NCBI GenBank assembly: GCA_003427395.1
Contig: BFEA01000007.1
Location: 3,850,577 to 3,914,576, forward strand
DNA length: 64,000 nt
From: Chara braunii
Lineage: Eukaryota; Plantae; Charophyceae
Direction: 5' to 3'
Each line of letters begins with the position of its first letter. The stretch's first letter is position 1. Below are positions 50,342 through 61,922 of the stretch, piece after piece. A program made the translations under genes and the position numbers. The notes beneath the pieces were generated by a model. The model was given only the letters and a program-made list of their open reading frames with translations. It was not told where the DNA came from and did no database searches.

Positions 50342-52279
50342 TTATGGCTTCTTCCTGTCTTCTGCATCACTTTGTGAACATTCCCTGGCAGCTCGAGACC
50401 GCTGCACAGCAGTTGCAGATGGGTTAACCATTCTCCCTCCATGGAGCTGCGGCTGGTTGGCTCCAGCAACTGGAACTCCACGACCAGCAGGGACCACCAA
50501 AGCACTACTCCCCTGCTTGGCGGTTCCACTGCGGTCCATCCCACCAGCTATTCCAGCTTGAGTAGCCGCCATCGCTGAAGCCGCCACCAACGAGCCCAAC
50601 GCAGATCCAGATGCAGGTGGGTGCATGGATGCATTGTTTATCACCCATGCCAGCGCCCACTTCAAATCACACAGCATATACTTGAGTGCTTTTGTCCACT
50701 TGTCGTCTCGATTGAAGCTCTGCTTGATCGTGAATCCATTGACCTTATCATTTTCTATCTTGTATGGCAGCTTGAAACACCGTTCCACAGGCAGGTCAGC
50801 AGCTCGATCCCGCGCATTTGCAAAATCTGCAAACTCGCTCAGGCATGCTAGGAAGAGTACCATTGCCTTGTCATACTTGGTGCTCCAGAAGAGATTCACC
50901 GGGCCATACAAGTCGTACGTGTTCCGAGTATCGGCAATGCGAGGATAGCTCCCCATCGGCAGAATGCGATAGCTCGAGAAGGTCATTCGGCATGCCTGCG
51001 CCATGGTAGATAACAGCAAGCATGCTTGGCCCCATGCGGCATTAATCTCGTCCCATTCCACCGGTTTATTTGGCAGACGACCAAGCCGAAAGTTGTTGAT
51101 CGTGCCGAACTCACCATCATGCCAAATATGAAATGCATCGTTGAATACATTAGTGTGTTTCAACATTTCAAGCTGTGATGTTGCCACCTCGATTTTTGAC
51201 AAGACTCCATCCCGCTCCTCTTCATGAGCCATGAGCTCCAACTTAAAGTCGTTATACTCATGCCAGAACCGTTGCTCAAGTTCATCAAGTTCAGCAGCCT
51301 TGGCATTGAGTGCAGCCATGCACAGATCCATTGCTCCATTCTGTTGCTCGAGGGAGGTGAGCTGCTCCCTCAGCCGTCGTTCCTGCTCTTCCGCCTTCTG
51401 CATCTCCGCTCCAAATTCCTCTTCGCTCAAGGCCTCGTGTTGTTCCATTTCAGCGCTCGCCAAACACTTCTCATATGCGACAATGTCTTTTTCTGCTTCC
51501 TTGATCTCTCCATCAAGCTCCTCGCAGAGCGCCCTCATGCACTCCAAGCATAGCGGCCGATCAACCTCTCGTTGCTGCGATGTTATTTCCAGAACTCTCA
51601 TCAATGCCGATATCCTGGCATCAAGGCTTGCATTACTTGTGTGGTCCATCCCTGCGTGAACCCCCATACCAATGCCTCCCAGAGGTCCACCATCCCCAAA
51701 TCCTCTGTAGATTGATGCAGTTGAGGAGGGAAGCATCACAAACGACTCCTCCATCATTTTTCCACCTTGCATCCCTTGAAGGTCAGGTCTTGCCCCTCCG
51801 ATGCCCATACTTGCCTCATTGCTGCCACTGCCATCTCCTCCCACCTGTGCTGGCGATCTGGAACCCTGAGCCGGGGACCTGGCCCGATCAGGTACATTAG
51901 GGGGATGGGGAGCTGACGGAGAAGGTGTGGAGGGATTAGAAAGAGAAGGATGGCGTTGGGGTTGGCCAGGGTTACCACCAGCAACACCACCACCAACAGC
52001 CCCTGCTCTAGACCTTGGAGGTGGGAATTGGTGACCTGTCGGGGATGGTCGCCTTGGGAGGACGACGTATGACTGGTCCATTCGGCTTCCCGCAGAAAAG
52101 ATGCTTGCACTGCTCAACACGGAGGCTTGCTGACCTCCTCGTGTGGCCTCCGGGGCCACCACTGCCGCCAGTTTGTCTTTCTCTGTAACGGTGCCATCAT
52201 GGGACTCAACTTCTAGGGGTTGCCGGCACATTTGACATTGAAAACACCGTTGAGATACTTCTCGCACCATTACCTCCAC
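50342..52279 (-). CDS. ATG6: Beclin-1 / ATG6 / VPS30, PI3K class III complex subunit; intronless, 645 aa
   Basis: N-terminal CQMCRQPL, SYVVL/ESFVML motifs, PLCLEC, coiled coil, and BARA domain FHIWHDGEFGTINNFRLGRL..WDEINAAWGQ..WTKALKYMLCDLKWALAW. Confidence 0.96.
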   Translation of the reverse strand: MEVMVREVSQRCFQCQMCRQPLEVESHDGTVTEKDKLAAVVAPEATRGGQQASVLSSASIFSAGSRMDQSYVVLPRRPSPTGHQFPPPRSRAGAVGGGVAGGNPGQPQRHPSLSNPSTPSPSAPHPPNVPDRARSPAQGSRSPAQVGGDGSGSNEASMGIGGARPDLQGMQGGKMMEESFVMLPSSTASIYRGFGDGGPLGGIGMGVHAGMDHTSNASLDARISALMRVLEITSQQREVDRPLCLECMRALCEELDGEIKEAEKDIVAYEKCLASAEMEQHEALSEEEFGAEMQKAEEQERRLREQLTSLEQQNGAMDLCMAALNAKAAELDELEQRFWHEYNDFKLELMAHEEERDGVLSKIEVATSQLEMLKHTNVFNDAFHIWHDGEFGTINNFRLGRLPNKPVEWDEINAAWGQACLLLSTMAQACRMTFSSYRILPMGSYPRIADTRNTYDLYGPVNLFWSTKYDKAMVLFLACLSEFADFANARDRAADLPVERCFKLPYKIENDKVNGFTIKQSFNRDDKWTKALKYMLCDLKWALAWVINNASMHPPASGSALGSLVAASAMAATQAGIAGGMDRSGTAKQGSSALVVPAGRGVPVAGANQPQLHGGRMVNPSATAVQRSRAARECSQSDAEDRKKP

Positions 52280-53977
52280 TGTACTTCAGCCTCGTCCAGT
52301 CTGCTATCTTCCTGTCAATCGAAATCCTGGCAGACAGGAGACAGAGCAAATACTGCAGGAAACCCAGTGGTACATCTCTTGGGCATGTGCCTCCATCCAG
52401 CTCCAACTCTTTCTACATCCCGGACAGAAGCAGGGCCAGGACCACCACTACACTGCCAAAACCTTGGCCATCATAAACGACCCTTGTGAGTGTGACCTGA
52501 CCACGACTCACCTCTACGAAAAGATGAGGACAATTTCCGACTTGCTGCCTCCTCGACTTGACAAGTCCCATACTCTCACCACATAGGAAATCCAGCGTCA
52601 AATTTCTTGCAGCACATGCCTCCACTTCCGACTCTTTCTAATATCTAGTTTGCTGCAGGGCCATCCACCCAAAACATTCCCACAACAACTGGCACTCGTA
52701 AATGTAATCTCATCTCAGCTCTCTGTTATAAACTGATGACCACGATTCCGACTCGCTGAGTTCTCCAAATCTTCACTTCGCTCAGCCGCTCATTCTCGCC
52801 CAGCATCATGATTGGCCTGCACTCAATACCAGCCCAAGCCAACCACAAACCTGTGTGTCAGCAGTGAAAGCACTGCACATGTAGTGTAAAATTGCAGAAG
52901 CAGGACCCGTGTCAACAGCAGGGCTTCACATATCTATGCAGCTGAGCGGAAGAACAGTAAGGTAGCCAGCAAAACCGTACAACAAACACCCTTCAGCTGC
53001 AGAACCCTGTAAAAAGAACCAAGTATACTCCTCTCGTACCCCTGCGCGTGAACACCCAACTACCCCAACAAGAGCATCATACTGGATGATCAATTACACA
53101 TCCAACCCCAGAAAAGGCACCACGAGAGTGAAACTGCCTCCAGGGCCACGTCAAGGATGACGGACTATCTCTCATTTTCATTGGCGTTCCGCCAATGGTC
53201 ACCTTAACAGCTACTTCCCACCACTGTGCCTAATGACATGGATTCGAGCAACGTTGAAGACATCCTTCAGCATCATCATCATATGAATACTACTAAAGGG
53301 ACTATATCAAATATTCACCAGGGAACGCAGGCACCAGACTTCCCACCACTGCACATCACATCCTTCAGCATCAGCATCAGGATAAGGACACTAGGGTTAT
53401 CCTTTCTCTCCTCTAGATTTTCCTTCAAAAAAGGAGGGAGCCCTCCACTTCCACGGCAGGGTCATCATCCCTATCCCTATTCCTAAATAACCACTGCGCC
53501 CACTTGCTGCAAAAGCTAAGATTGACAAAGAGACACCGGTGTCTACATACATCAACTCAGCTTTCAACTTCAATAGTTGTCAATTCTTCGTATAGGAATC
53601 AAGCAAATTGCACACCTTGTTCGTCCACCATTGCTCGGGTTTTGGATGTTGCAAACTGCCTCCAAGATTTGCCCCTTTATGTGATCATACTCGTGATGAA
53701 CATCCTCTAACAGGACCCTAACCTTATCCATAACCGTATCCATAACCGTATCCATAAACTTAACCATAATCCACACCTTTATCCGAGCATCCCCCCAATG
53801 AAAATGGCCTCATAGGCTTATCCAGAACATAAGCTACCTCATTTTCACTGGCCATATCTTGACAGACTAGAACATCTATAACTATCGATTGCCCAACTTG
53901 TGACACTCACCGGGGGAGCCAACAACGTACAGGTCGTCTACCAGGTTGTCTGGTATGCATTGTGCAATCAAAAGCTA

Positions 53978-54082
53978 CCGTCTTCACCAGAATATAACCC
54001 CTCGTAATTATACCAGTATCTGGACTGAAAGTTGTGCAAAATACAGCATTACTGATCGGGCGTCCTATTCGGGTGAAGACGG
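53978..54082. mobile_element. 105-bp MITE, third copy
   Basis: cTA|CCGTCTTCACCAGAATATAAC...CTATTCGGGTGAAGACGG|TAg. Confidence 0.8.
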
Positions 54083-54228
54083 TAGGCACCCCAGGAAAGA
54101 ATGTCCCAATGGCGTTGTGCAATCTTACAAATCACCATCACAATCAAACGTGCTGTCCTCAAACACTTGAGCTATTTCAAAAAAAAAAAAAAAAACACTT
54201 AGCTAAGTTATCACCACTGCAGGTTTCA

Positions 54229-54542
54229 ACCACCAGTACCTTCTCATATGGCGGCCGCAGGCACTGTGCGCCTGCCCAAAAATCAAGACTGGCCGTCGAT
54301 TCGATTTATCGGCGGCCGCCCTTCCGTTTCAGGCCAGCGGGTTACCCGGTGCGCCTCTGAAAAAATAGCTGGGAAAGGTACTGGTGGTTTAAACCACTAG
54401 TACACGCCCCCAGCCTTGCAGAAAGTTTTTGTTGCCACAAGCAAAACTCGGAGGCGCCAGGCGGTCAGGGCCGCCGTTGAAAAAAAAAATCGCCCGGGGT
54501 TCATGCTGACACCCACGGGCCGATGTGTGGTGTACTGGTGCT
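54229..54542. mobile_element. Two abutting small TIR elements separated and bounded by TTAA-like sites
   Basis: ttca|ACCACCAGTAC..GTACTGGTGGT|ttaa|ACCACTAGTACAC..GTGTACTGGTGCT|ttaa (54229-54388 and 54393-54542). Confidence 0.6.
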
Positions 54543-56403
54543 TTAATACACATTTGGGTGAGTGTATGTTAAGTTTACCTTGTTGGCTTGGTTCTGAGCC
54601 ATCTCATAGCGCTTCTTTCGGAAGTCTTTCTCACTTTTTGTAGCATTGCCAAGGACTCTTAAGGTTGCTTCTTGGCAGTGAGCACACCGACCAGCCTTGG
54701 AAATAGACATGTCTGATCGACGGCAGGACAGCATGGCACTGATGCCGTGCATGCTAGAGCCCCCCTCATCAATCAAGCATGAAAACAGTTTGCCCATGTT
54801 CTTTTACGACTTCGTAGTGAGGTGAGGTAAGNNNNNNNNNNNNNNNNNNNNNNNNNNNNNNNNNNNNNNNNNNNNNNNNNNNNNNNNNNNNNNNNNNNNN
54901 NTGCTAGAGCCCCCCTCATCAATCAAGCATGAAAACAGTTTGCCCATGTTCTTTTACGACTTCGTAGTGAGGTGAGGTAAGCATAGAAACTAAGAATGCT
55001 TGTGAGAACATCAGAGACATACATTCATTCAACCTTGCTGAGGTTGTCTCCTCTTCCCTTCACTGCCTTGCCCCCCCTCTTTTTATTATCCTGATAAACA
55101 AACAAATCCTGTAAAAATATCGCACGGGACATTAGTCCTGTTCATACATCAGGCAGCATCAGGCAGCAGTCCTCAACCTCAATTTGACACACCAGACTTT
55201 ATTCACGTACTGTCCTAATCGGGCAAAAAAACATGCCACAGTGGCAGCATCAGGCATGGCCGTTCTCACCCGACGTGTTTGATTCAAAAACGAAACAATG
55301 CAACTGCTGCAGGCAAGGGAATGTTTGGAAGCAACCAGCACTAGCCGTGATAATGGCTCCTTAAGTAGGAGTGCTGGCCTGCTCATTCGTGCCGGGCCCC
55401 TCATTCCCGAGCTGCACTGTGATATGCCAATCGTTCACCTGACGGAAGCTTCGTTTACTTCCAAAAGCTTGCACGACTGTGCTGATGAACCAAACAGATC
55501 CAAAAGAGAATCTCCCACCTAGGGAGCAGAAATGAATCCGATACAAGGCATTGCTCGCTCTAGCCATGAATCCAGCTCTTTTTTCTCTCAGCGCTATATC
55601 CATCAGAGCGAGTTCCCTAGAAGCATTGATTTGCTAGGCGGTGAACAACACTCTCCATTACATTGACCGTTTCGCCCTCGTGACTGAGCCTATATCCCCA
55701 AACTTCTCCGCAGCGAAAATCTACAAATCTGAAATCTCCCCAAATCTCTCCAACGTGAAAACTTAAAAAATGTCTGATGAATCATGAGTTCAGTCTTGAC
55801 ATATGCACAAAGGTTGTGCATGAGCTATTTCTTACTCTCATACTGAGAAATGCAAACACCCCACACGCAACCGAGCAAAGTAGAAATTGCAGGCGCAGAA
55901 CTGACATGCCAAATATGTCTGCAAACCAGGAAACCAGTCCCCCATCTCATCCCGAGGACTTGCTGTAGGGAAAATATATAAATAAACATTTAAATAAGTA
56001 AAATCAGTACATAAATAAACAAGTAAATGCCTACATGTGCTGCCTTTCAACAGTTGTCAAGGCTTGCACAACTGCTCAGGGAGTAACACCGATAATGATG
56101 ATGATGGTGATGATACTGATGCAACAATGGCTACTAGAATGCCTGCCTGCTGAACGGAATGTCATACAGACAGTGCAGTTTTCTTTTCTTTTTGTTTTTC
56201 CCTTTAAAGGAGTTTACGACTGTTTTCTCGTTCCAATTACCGGACTGGAAAGAGCCCAGTATTGTTATTTATTGTGACTACCTCCCTATATCCGGATTGG
56301 GCAGTTTATGCGTGTGCTGCGTGCCTTGAAAAAAGCAAAACTGCCGTGGCAAGAACAATTCCAACCTTGATGTGCCAAGTGGCAGCTGATCGTTGCCCCG
56401 CTG

Positions 56404-58014
56404 CTACCGTGACAGTGCCCTCATAAACCTCTGAAGAGAGGCAAGCAGTCCCATTGCTTGTGTTGCTGCAGAGGGTGCCACATTCTTCTCCGATCCTCCT
56501 CCCTGCATGGCGGTCATAAAAATTGTATCGAGATCGTCAGGCTCTGGCTTTGAGTTCTGCTCCTCGAGAAGAACATACCGCCCCGGAGCTTCTGAGTCAT
56601 CGATAAACACCTGCCAAGGTCTGGGGTAGCACCTAAAGACACAACCCACAGGGAGGGGGCGCATCGAGTACGCAGTTGCGAATGAGCCAAGGAATTCATC
56701 ACGCATGCGTCTCGCTGTCAAGCCCAGCCCAATGTCGCCACTTGTCAACTGGGCATTCCATATGACAAGTGGCTTTAGCTTTGACTGCGCCCCACCGTCT
56801 TCGCCGCTATCATTCAAAGATGCAGCAATCTTCATGACAATGTCAAGGAGCTGGTAATCTGGGGCAATCATCACAACCACCTCGTCATCATCAGAAACAG
56901 GCATCCTGTCATTCAGACTGGAAATTTGAAAGGACGCCCTCTCTTTCCATCTATAGCTCAGTAGAGCCGCCGAACCAGCATCAGGGAAGATAGCTCTGAG
57001 GTGTTGCACACCTAGACACATTTGCAACGCATTCAGAAACAGCCGCGACAGTTCCCACAGCTGAATCTGTGCTCCATCCTCTTCAAAACTTTCCAGCTCT
57101 GGAATCAGGTATTCCACCAGAGCACGCTGGCCACCAGCAGAGAAAACCTCCGCGACAGCCTGACTAGACTGTAAGACTGCACCTTCAAGACTTTCTGGTA
57201 ATACATCATCATCTCTCAAGTCCTCTTCCGGCAACGGAGATGCAACATCATCCAGCCTTACTGGCACTGTGTCATCACCAGATCCCGCTGGTGCAGAATC
57301 CCCTAGGCTAGCATACAGCAAGTGACGTTGAAACCCCACATGCCGCGTCCCATACAGCAAATGACGTCGAAACCCCACATGCCTCCTCCCCAATCTACTG
57401 GTGAGTGAATACGGCCCTGTGAAGAACACTTTCAATTTCTTCCAAGGGTCACACGACGATAACCCTTTGCTGAAGTATGAACGACATAGTAACAATGACG
57501 AGGGAAACTGACCTGTCGGCGAGAACGACGCAGGAAACTGACCTGTTTGCGAGAACGATGTGGGAAACTGACCTGTTTGTGAGGATAGCGCCCCATACAC
57601 ATGGGGTTTCGTCCTTTTCAAGTCCCTGTTGTTAACCCTTGCCTCAAGGGTCCCTGTCTCTAACTCCTGCTTGGCCCAGTAATAGGGGTTAAAGACAGGG
57701 ATCTGCAGGTCCCTGTCTTTAACCACTACTTGGCCCAGAAATAGTGCCTTGACCGGCTGATGCTTCCTAAGAGTTCTCGCATAATGCCTGTTGCTGCTTC
57801 TCAAGCAGCAACAGTTGGCACTAGAGGGCCGTAACCTGCAATCGGTTGACTGGTGAGGTGCAATAAAGACAGTCTCTGGACACGAGATAAGCCCACTGCT
57901 AACACTAAGCGGGTCCCACTTCTTAGTACCACCTGGGCCCAAAAAGTTCCTTCCCCCAGTTGCCTGTAGATGGAGCGCAAGAGGCAAGGCTTCTGCAGAG
58001 GTGGGTACTGCCAT
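56404..58014 (-). CDS. DUF1995-family, probably plastid-targeted protein with a long N-terminal extension; intronless, 536 aa
   Basis: LPESLEGAVLQS..GGQRALVEYLIPEL..LWELSRLFL..IFPDAGSAALL..LVIWN..GCVFRCYPRPWQVF matches plant DUF1995 (LPA3-related family) patterns; Ser/Arg-rich transit-like N-terminus. Confidence 0.85.
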   Translation of the reverse strand: MAVPTSAEALPLALHLQATGGRNFLGPGGTKKWDPLSVSSGLISCPETVFIAPHQSTDCRLRPSSANCCCLRSSNRHYARTLRKHQPVKALFLGQVVVKDRDLQIPVFNPYYWAKQELETGTLEARVNNRDLKRTKPHVYGALSSQTGQFPTSFSQTGQFPASFSPTGQFPSSLLLCRSYFSKGLSSCDPWKKLKVFFTGPYSLTSRLGRRHVGFRRHLLYGTRHVGFQRHLLYASLGDSAPAGSGDDTVPVRLDDVASPLPEEDLRDDDVLPESLEGAVLQSSQAVAEVFSAGGQRALVEYLIPELESFEEDGAQIQLWELSRLFLNALQMCLGVQHLRAIFPDAGSAALLSYRWKERASFQISSLNDRMPVSDDDEVVVMIAPDYQLLDIVMKIAASLNDSGEDGGAQSKLKPLVIWNAQLTSGDIGLGLTARRMRDEFLGSFATAYSMRPLPVGCVFRCYPRPWQVFIDDSEAPGRYVLLEEQNSKPEPDDLDTIFMTAMQGGGSEKNVAPSAATQAMGLLASLQRFMRALSR

Positions 58015-58320
58015 TGCAAAGAAACCTCCAAACCAGCTTCCCTTTCACTGCGAATCCGGAACATTTCATGTCGAAAAAACAAGAGGTTAAAACTGAGCAA
58101 CAACAGGTCAAGTGTGAAACCGAGGCAATACCCTGGGGAGGCAAAATGAAGCATGCAGCTTTAGCTCTCAAAAGAGTCTCAAACAATCAACCACATCAAC
58201 ATTCCACAAGATATGGCAAGTCCATCAGACTCGGCGGTTCAGTTAGAATCCGTTTTGTGAGATGCAAGAGACACCCACTTCGCAAAATGACACAATTCTT
58301 GGGAAGCTCCATGCTAACCA

Positions 58321-58372
<52 letters not shown>

Positions 58373-60591
58373 CGCTCGGCAAGTCCATGAGACTCGGAGG
58401 TTCAGTTAGAATCCGTTTTGTGAGATACAAGAGACCCCCACGTGACAGTTTGTCTAGGGCATGCATAAACATGAGTAGCAACCGCAACAGTGTTAGGCAC
58501 AACTTGTACGAGGATCAAGGAAGTACACGGGAGTACGAACTTGCACAGAAATGGCTACTGTGGGCCTTACACCGTCGGAGAGTGAGAAGTTCTCGCAGCA
58601 GAGACCACTGTTGCCAACAATGGATGCAATGGAGACGAAGACATTACTGCATATGCAATCTGTCCCGGCAGGAGAGGGAGGTGCAAGGAAATTGAGCGAG
58701 AGCGACAGACAGAAAAGCTGAGAAACCAAATTGCAACATCACATGGAAGACCAGATAGTCATGAACCAAGCAGAAATTAGGATGCACTGAGATACAAGCC
58801 AGATAAGAACAAAGCAACAAACCCAAATGTCAATGTCAGCCCCAACTAGCCACCATCAACAATGTATCCAATGTCACTCTTCTTGATTGGCGCTCAGCGT
58901 CCAGCCTACCTCTACTCAGAACCTGTACTAGCCTACAGCTAATGACGATGCAACCAGGAATCACTTCCAGCCGAACACCAATGTACATGAAGAAGTCGCC
59001 TATGCAGAACAGACATCAGGTATGCATCTCTTCTCCCTCTCTCTCCTACTCCTTGTCCCCCACATCGTGCATCTCCCAACACCTGACGACTACCATATCC
59101 CTCTTCACCGACAACTTACAAGCTGGCCCCGCTATGGCTGCTCGCGCCCGCTGCCACTCATCAGCGCTCGCTCTCCTCCAGCACCCCTGTGTGCCCCAGC
59201 CTCGCAGCAGCCTGACAGCGTTCGAACTGGCAGTGTGGGTGCATGAATGTGCAAGGCCAGCATGCCTGGCTGGGGCAGAGCACCTTCCTTTATGGCAAGT
59301 GCTGGCGAGCAGTGGGGCCGAGTAGCTTCCTGTTGGGCCAAAGTATCTTCGCTCAGGCCCAGATTCAGATACCGGCCTGGGACAAATGCAGTTAGGCACG
59401 CCCAACTGTGCGACACGGCTCCTGTCACTCGCTGCGCCCTGATTGGCCGAAAGGCCTTGCACCACGCCGCTGCCTGGAAGAGCCTGGAAGGCTCAAGAGG
59501 TCTTGGTTGCACACGCAGGTGCCCTATGACCAACTGGCGCCCAGTAACTGTCTGACACACCCAGGGCCTGGAAATGTTTGATTCGTGTGCCCCCCAGGCC
59601 CGCCTGTTCTCAGGGCGAGCAGTTTGCAGGCTCAGCGGGCCCTGTGGTGCTTCCTAGGGCTCAATCCCTTGCACTCTCTCCTCCTGAACTTCGAAAGTCC
59701 ACTGAGACACTTTTACCTAACTGAAGCCTTCCCACTTAGTCTTCGTCCATGGTAGAAGACTATCTGAGGTGCTGTTTGCATCAGCTCCTCCTTCATGAAC
59801 CAATGATCTTCCTCTGGATCTGTGTCATGCCTAAATCTGACCCGGTACTCCCTTGAAGGTTTTGGCAGTCTTCCTCAGCCAGCTGGATTCGGAACAGGCA
59901 CATCTCGATGATCAACAATGTTGTCTATGTCCATGTAGCCATCAAAGGTTGGGGCCAGCATCGATCTCCTTGAAGGAAATTGGTCAGTCTCAGCAAAAGG
60001 TGCAAGCTTGGCGGTGTGAAATACAGGATAAGTGCAAGTGGCCTGTGGCTCAGCGGTTAGGACACCGGAAGTCAATGCGCATTGTGGTCTGAGGGTGTGG
60101 GATCAAAACTGCACACCTTCGCGCAGAGACACCGGAGGGCGTTTAGATAACGCACGGTCACTTGCGTACCTTCTTGAGCTGACGCAGGCAAGCAACTACA
60201 GACACTGCCGGCGGACCGCCCAAGGGTTGTCCACGGTGTCGTATGTCGGGTCTCGATGCTGTGTGGGTTGCTTGTTGCTGCTGGTCGTGGTGGTTCTGTT
60301 GATCTCCACAGTCTGGCATATCACACATAGGTGCCATTTGCGATTGTTGCTCATATGGTAGAGTCTTCCATTCACATGTCATAGATCACGGGTTCGAGTC
60401 TGGCTTGGGACTTTGGGGGGGGTCTTGTCCAGTTTGGCCTGTCATCTCTTCAAAGAACACATAATTCCCTCCACATAGGGTTGCACATATCTGGCCTTCG
60501 GGCACATACACAATTCCCTCTACATAGGGTTGCACATATCTGGCCTTCGGGCACATACATCTCGCTAGACAGTTACACAGAGCACACGTAG

Positions 60592-61229
60592 TGTGGCATA
60601 CTGCGCATCCACACGGGCCTGCAGGGCCCGACCAGACGGACAATAAGGGCCCTCCAGGCCCTGTGTCGTTTCAGCCTAAAAGCCTGAAACCGAGGGCCTG
60701 CCCTGAAACTCAGGCGCCAGACCAGGGGTTAGCACAGGCCAGCTTTGGGCCTGTTTGAAGACAACCTTTGTTTGAACTTCAACGCCAGGGTCTGGCACGT
60801 TTCGGCATTGGCAAGAGCAGCCTCCCAGATGGGCCGGCACTATATAGTACTGGCCCGCCTTGCAGGCTGCAGGTAGTTCACGGGAACTTCCCAGGCAGTT
60901 CACGGGCACTTCACGTGCAGGAGGCAGGAGGCAGTCTTTAGGAGTTGGCCGCAGCACTCTGGAGGAGCGCTGCAGTAGTAGTAGTAGCTAGCGCTAGGGT
61001 AGTCTTCAGCGCTGGGTGCTGCTAGGAGGTAGAGTAGCACTGGGAGAGAGAGAGAAGGGCGGAGGCCAGGGAGACTTACCTGTGGCGCCATAGCTCCAGC
61101 TTCGTCTTCGATGTACCTTCACAGGTTAGTACTTGGTACAAGAGGGAGAAAGAGAGAGTTCTTGTTCTTCCTCCTCTAAGTCCATCTCTCCCTCACCCTC
61201 TCGCCACCTGACTTCTCAGTATCTGCAGA

Positions 61230-61310
<81 letters not shown>

Positions 61311-61822
61311 NGAAAAAGGTGTCAGAGGGAGCAGTCGGCTTAGAAACAAACCCGAGAGTTTGTGCAGACGAAAAGTATTGAGCTTAAGGCTTCCAAAAAC
61401 ATCCCACAAAGTCACATAGCTGTCTCTTATACACATCTAGATGTGTATAAGAGACAGATTTGTGACTGTGAGACTTGACGACATTTGGATCATTTGGATT
61501 CAGACTCGACATTGGGATTGAGACATTGGACGAGGGATTATTTGGGACCTGTACCGAAGACTTGGTGTTGACGACATTCCCATCTCCCCCTCTTCTTCGT
61601 CTAATCCCCCTCCTCTTCATCTGTGTATGTTTGGGACTGGAGCATTCTTCCTGTGTGAGCGCCAGGTCCCTTGACACCATGCGATGATGATGATGCATGT
61701 TTGGTCTGCATTGCAACATTCATTGGTCTGATCATTGCTATTTTAGCTTTCCGCTGCGCTATCCTGTACTATGTGAGAGAGATCGGTTCTTGTTCTGGTC
61801 TGTACCATTACAGTATGCAACA
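60592..61822 (+). mobile_element. Ty3/gypsy 5' LTR (TGTGGCATACTG...CAGTATGCAACA) followed by a degenerate iMet PBS
   Basis: Terminal inverted repeats; tttgataccggag at about 61824-61836; related LTR sequence inverted at 63267-64000. Confidence 0.8.
61420..61457. other. Nextera mate-pair junction adapter (two Tn5 mosaic ends); assembly artefact
   Basis: Exact CTGTCTCTTATACACATCT+AGATGTGTATAAGAGACAG. Confidence 0.98.
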
Positions 61823-61890
61823 GTTTGATACCGGAGTGGACCTCTCAATCAGAGGATCCGCCAATCAAGGAGTCAGCTTGCTTGTTTGAC

Positions 61891-61922
<32 letters not shown>

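Noticed and set aside
54751-54981. Direct repeats across N positions (also 8403-8953, 11391-11540, 42667-42835)
   Set aside because: Identical sequence either side of a gap or single N indicates unmerged contig overlaps
61420-61457. Perfect 38-bp palindrome of Tn5 mosaic ends, suggesting a bacterial transposon or horizontal transfer
   Set aside because: Exact Nextera mate-pair junction adapter; 61311-61419 is probably chimeric read sequence
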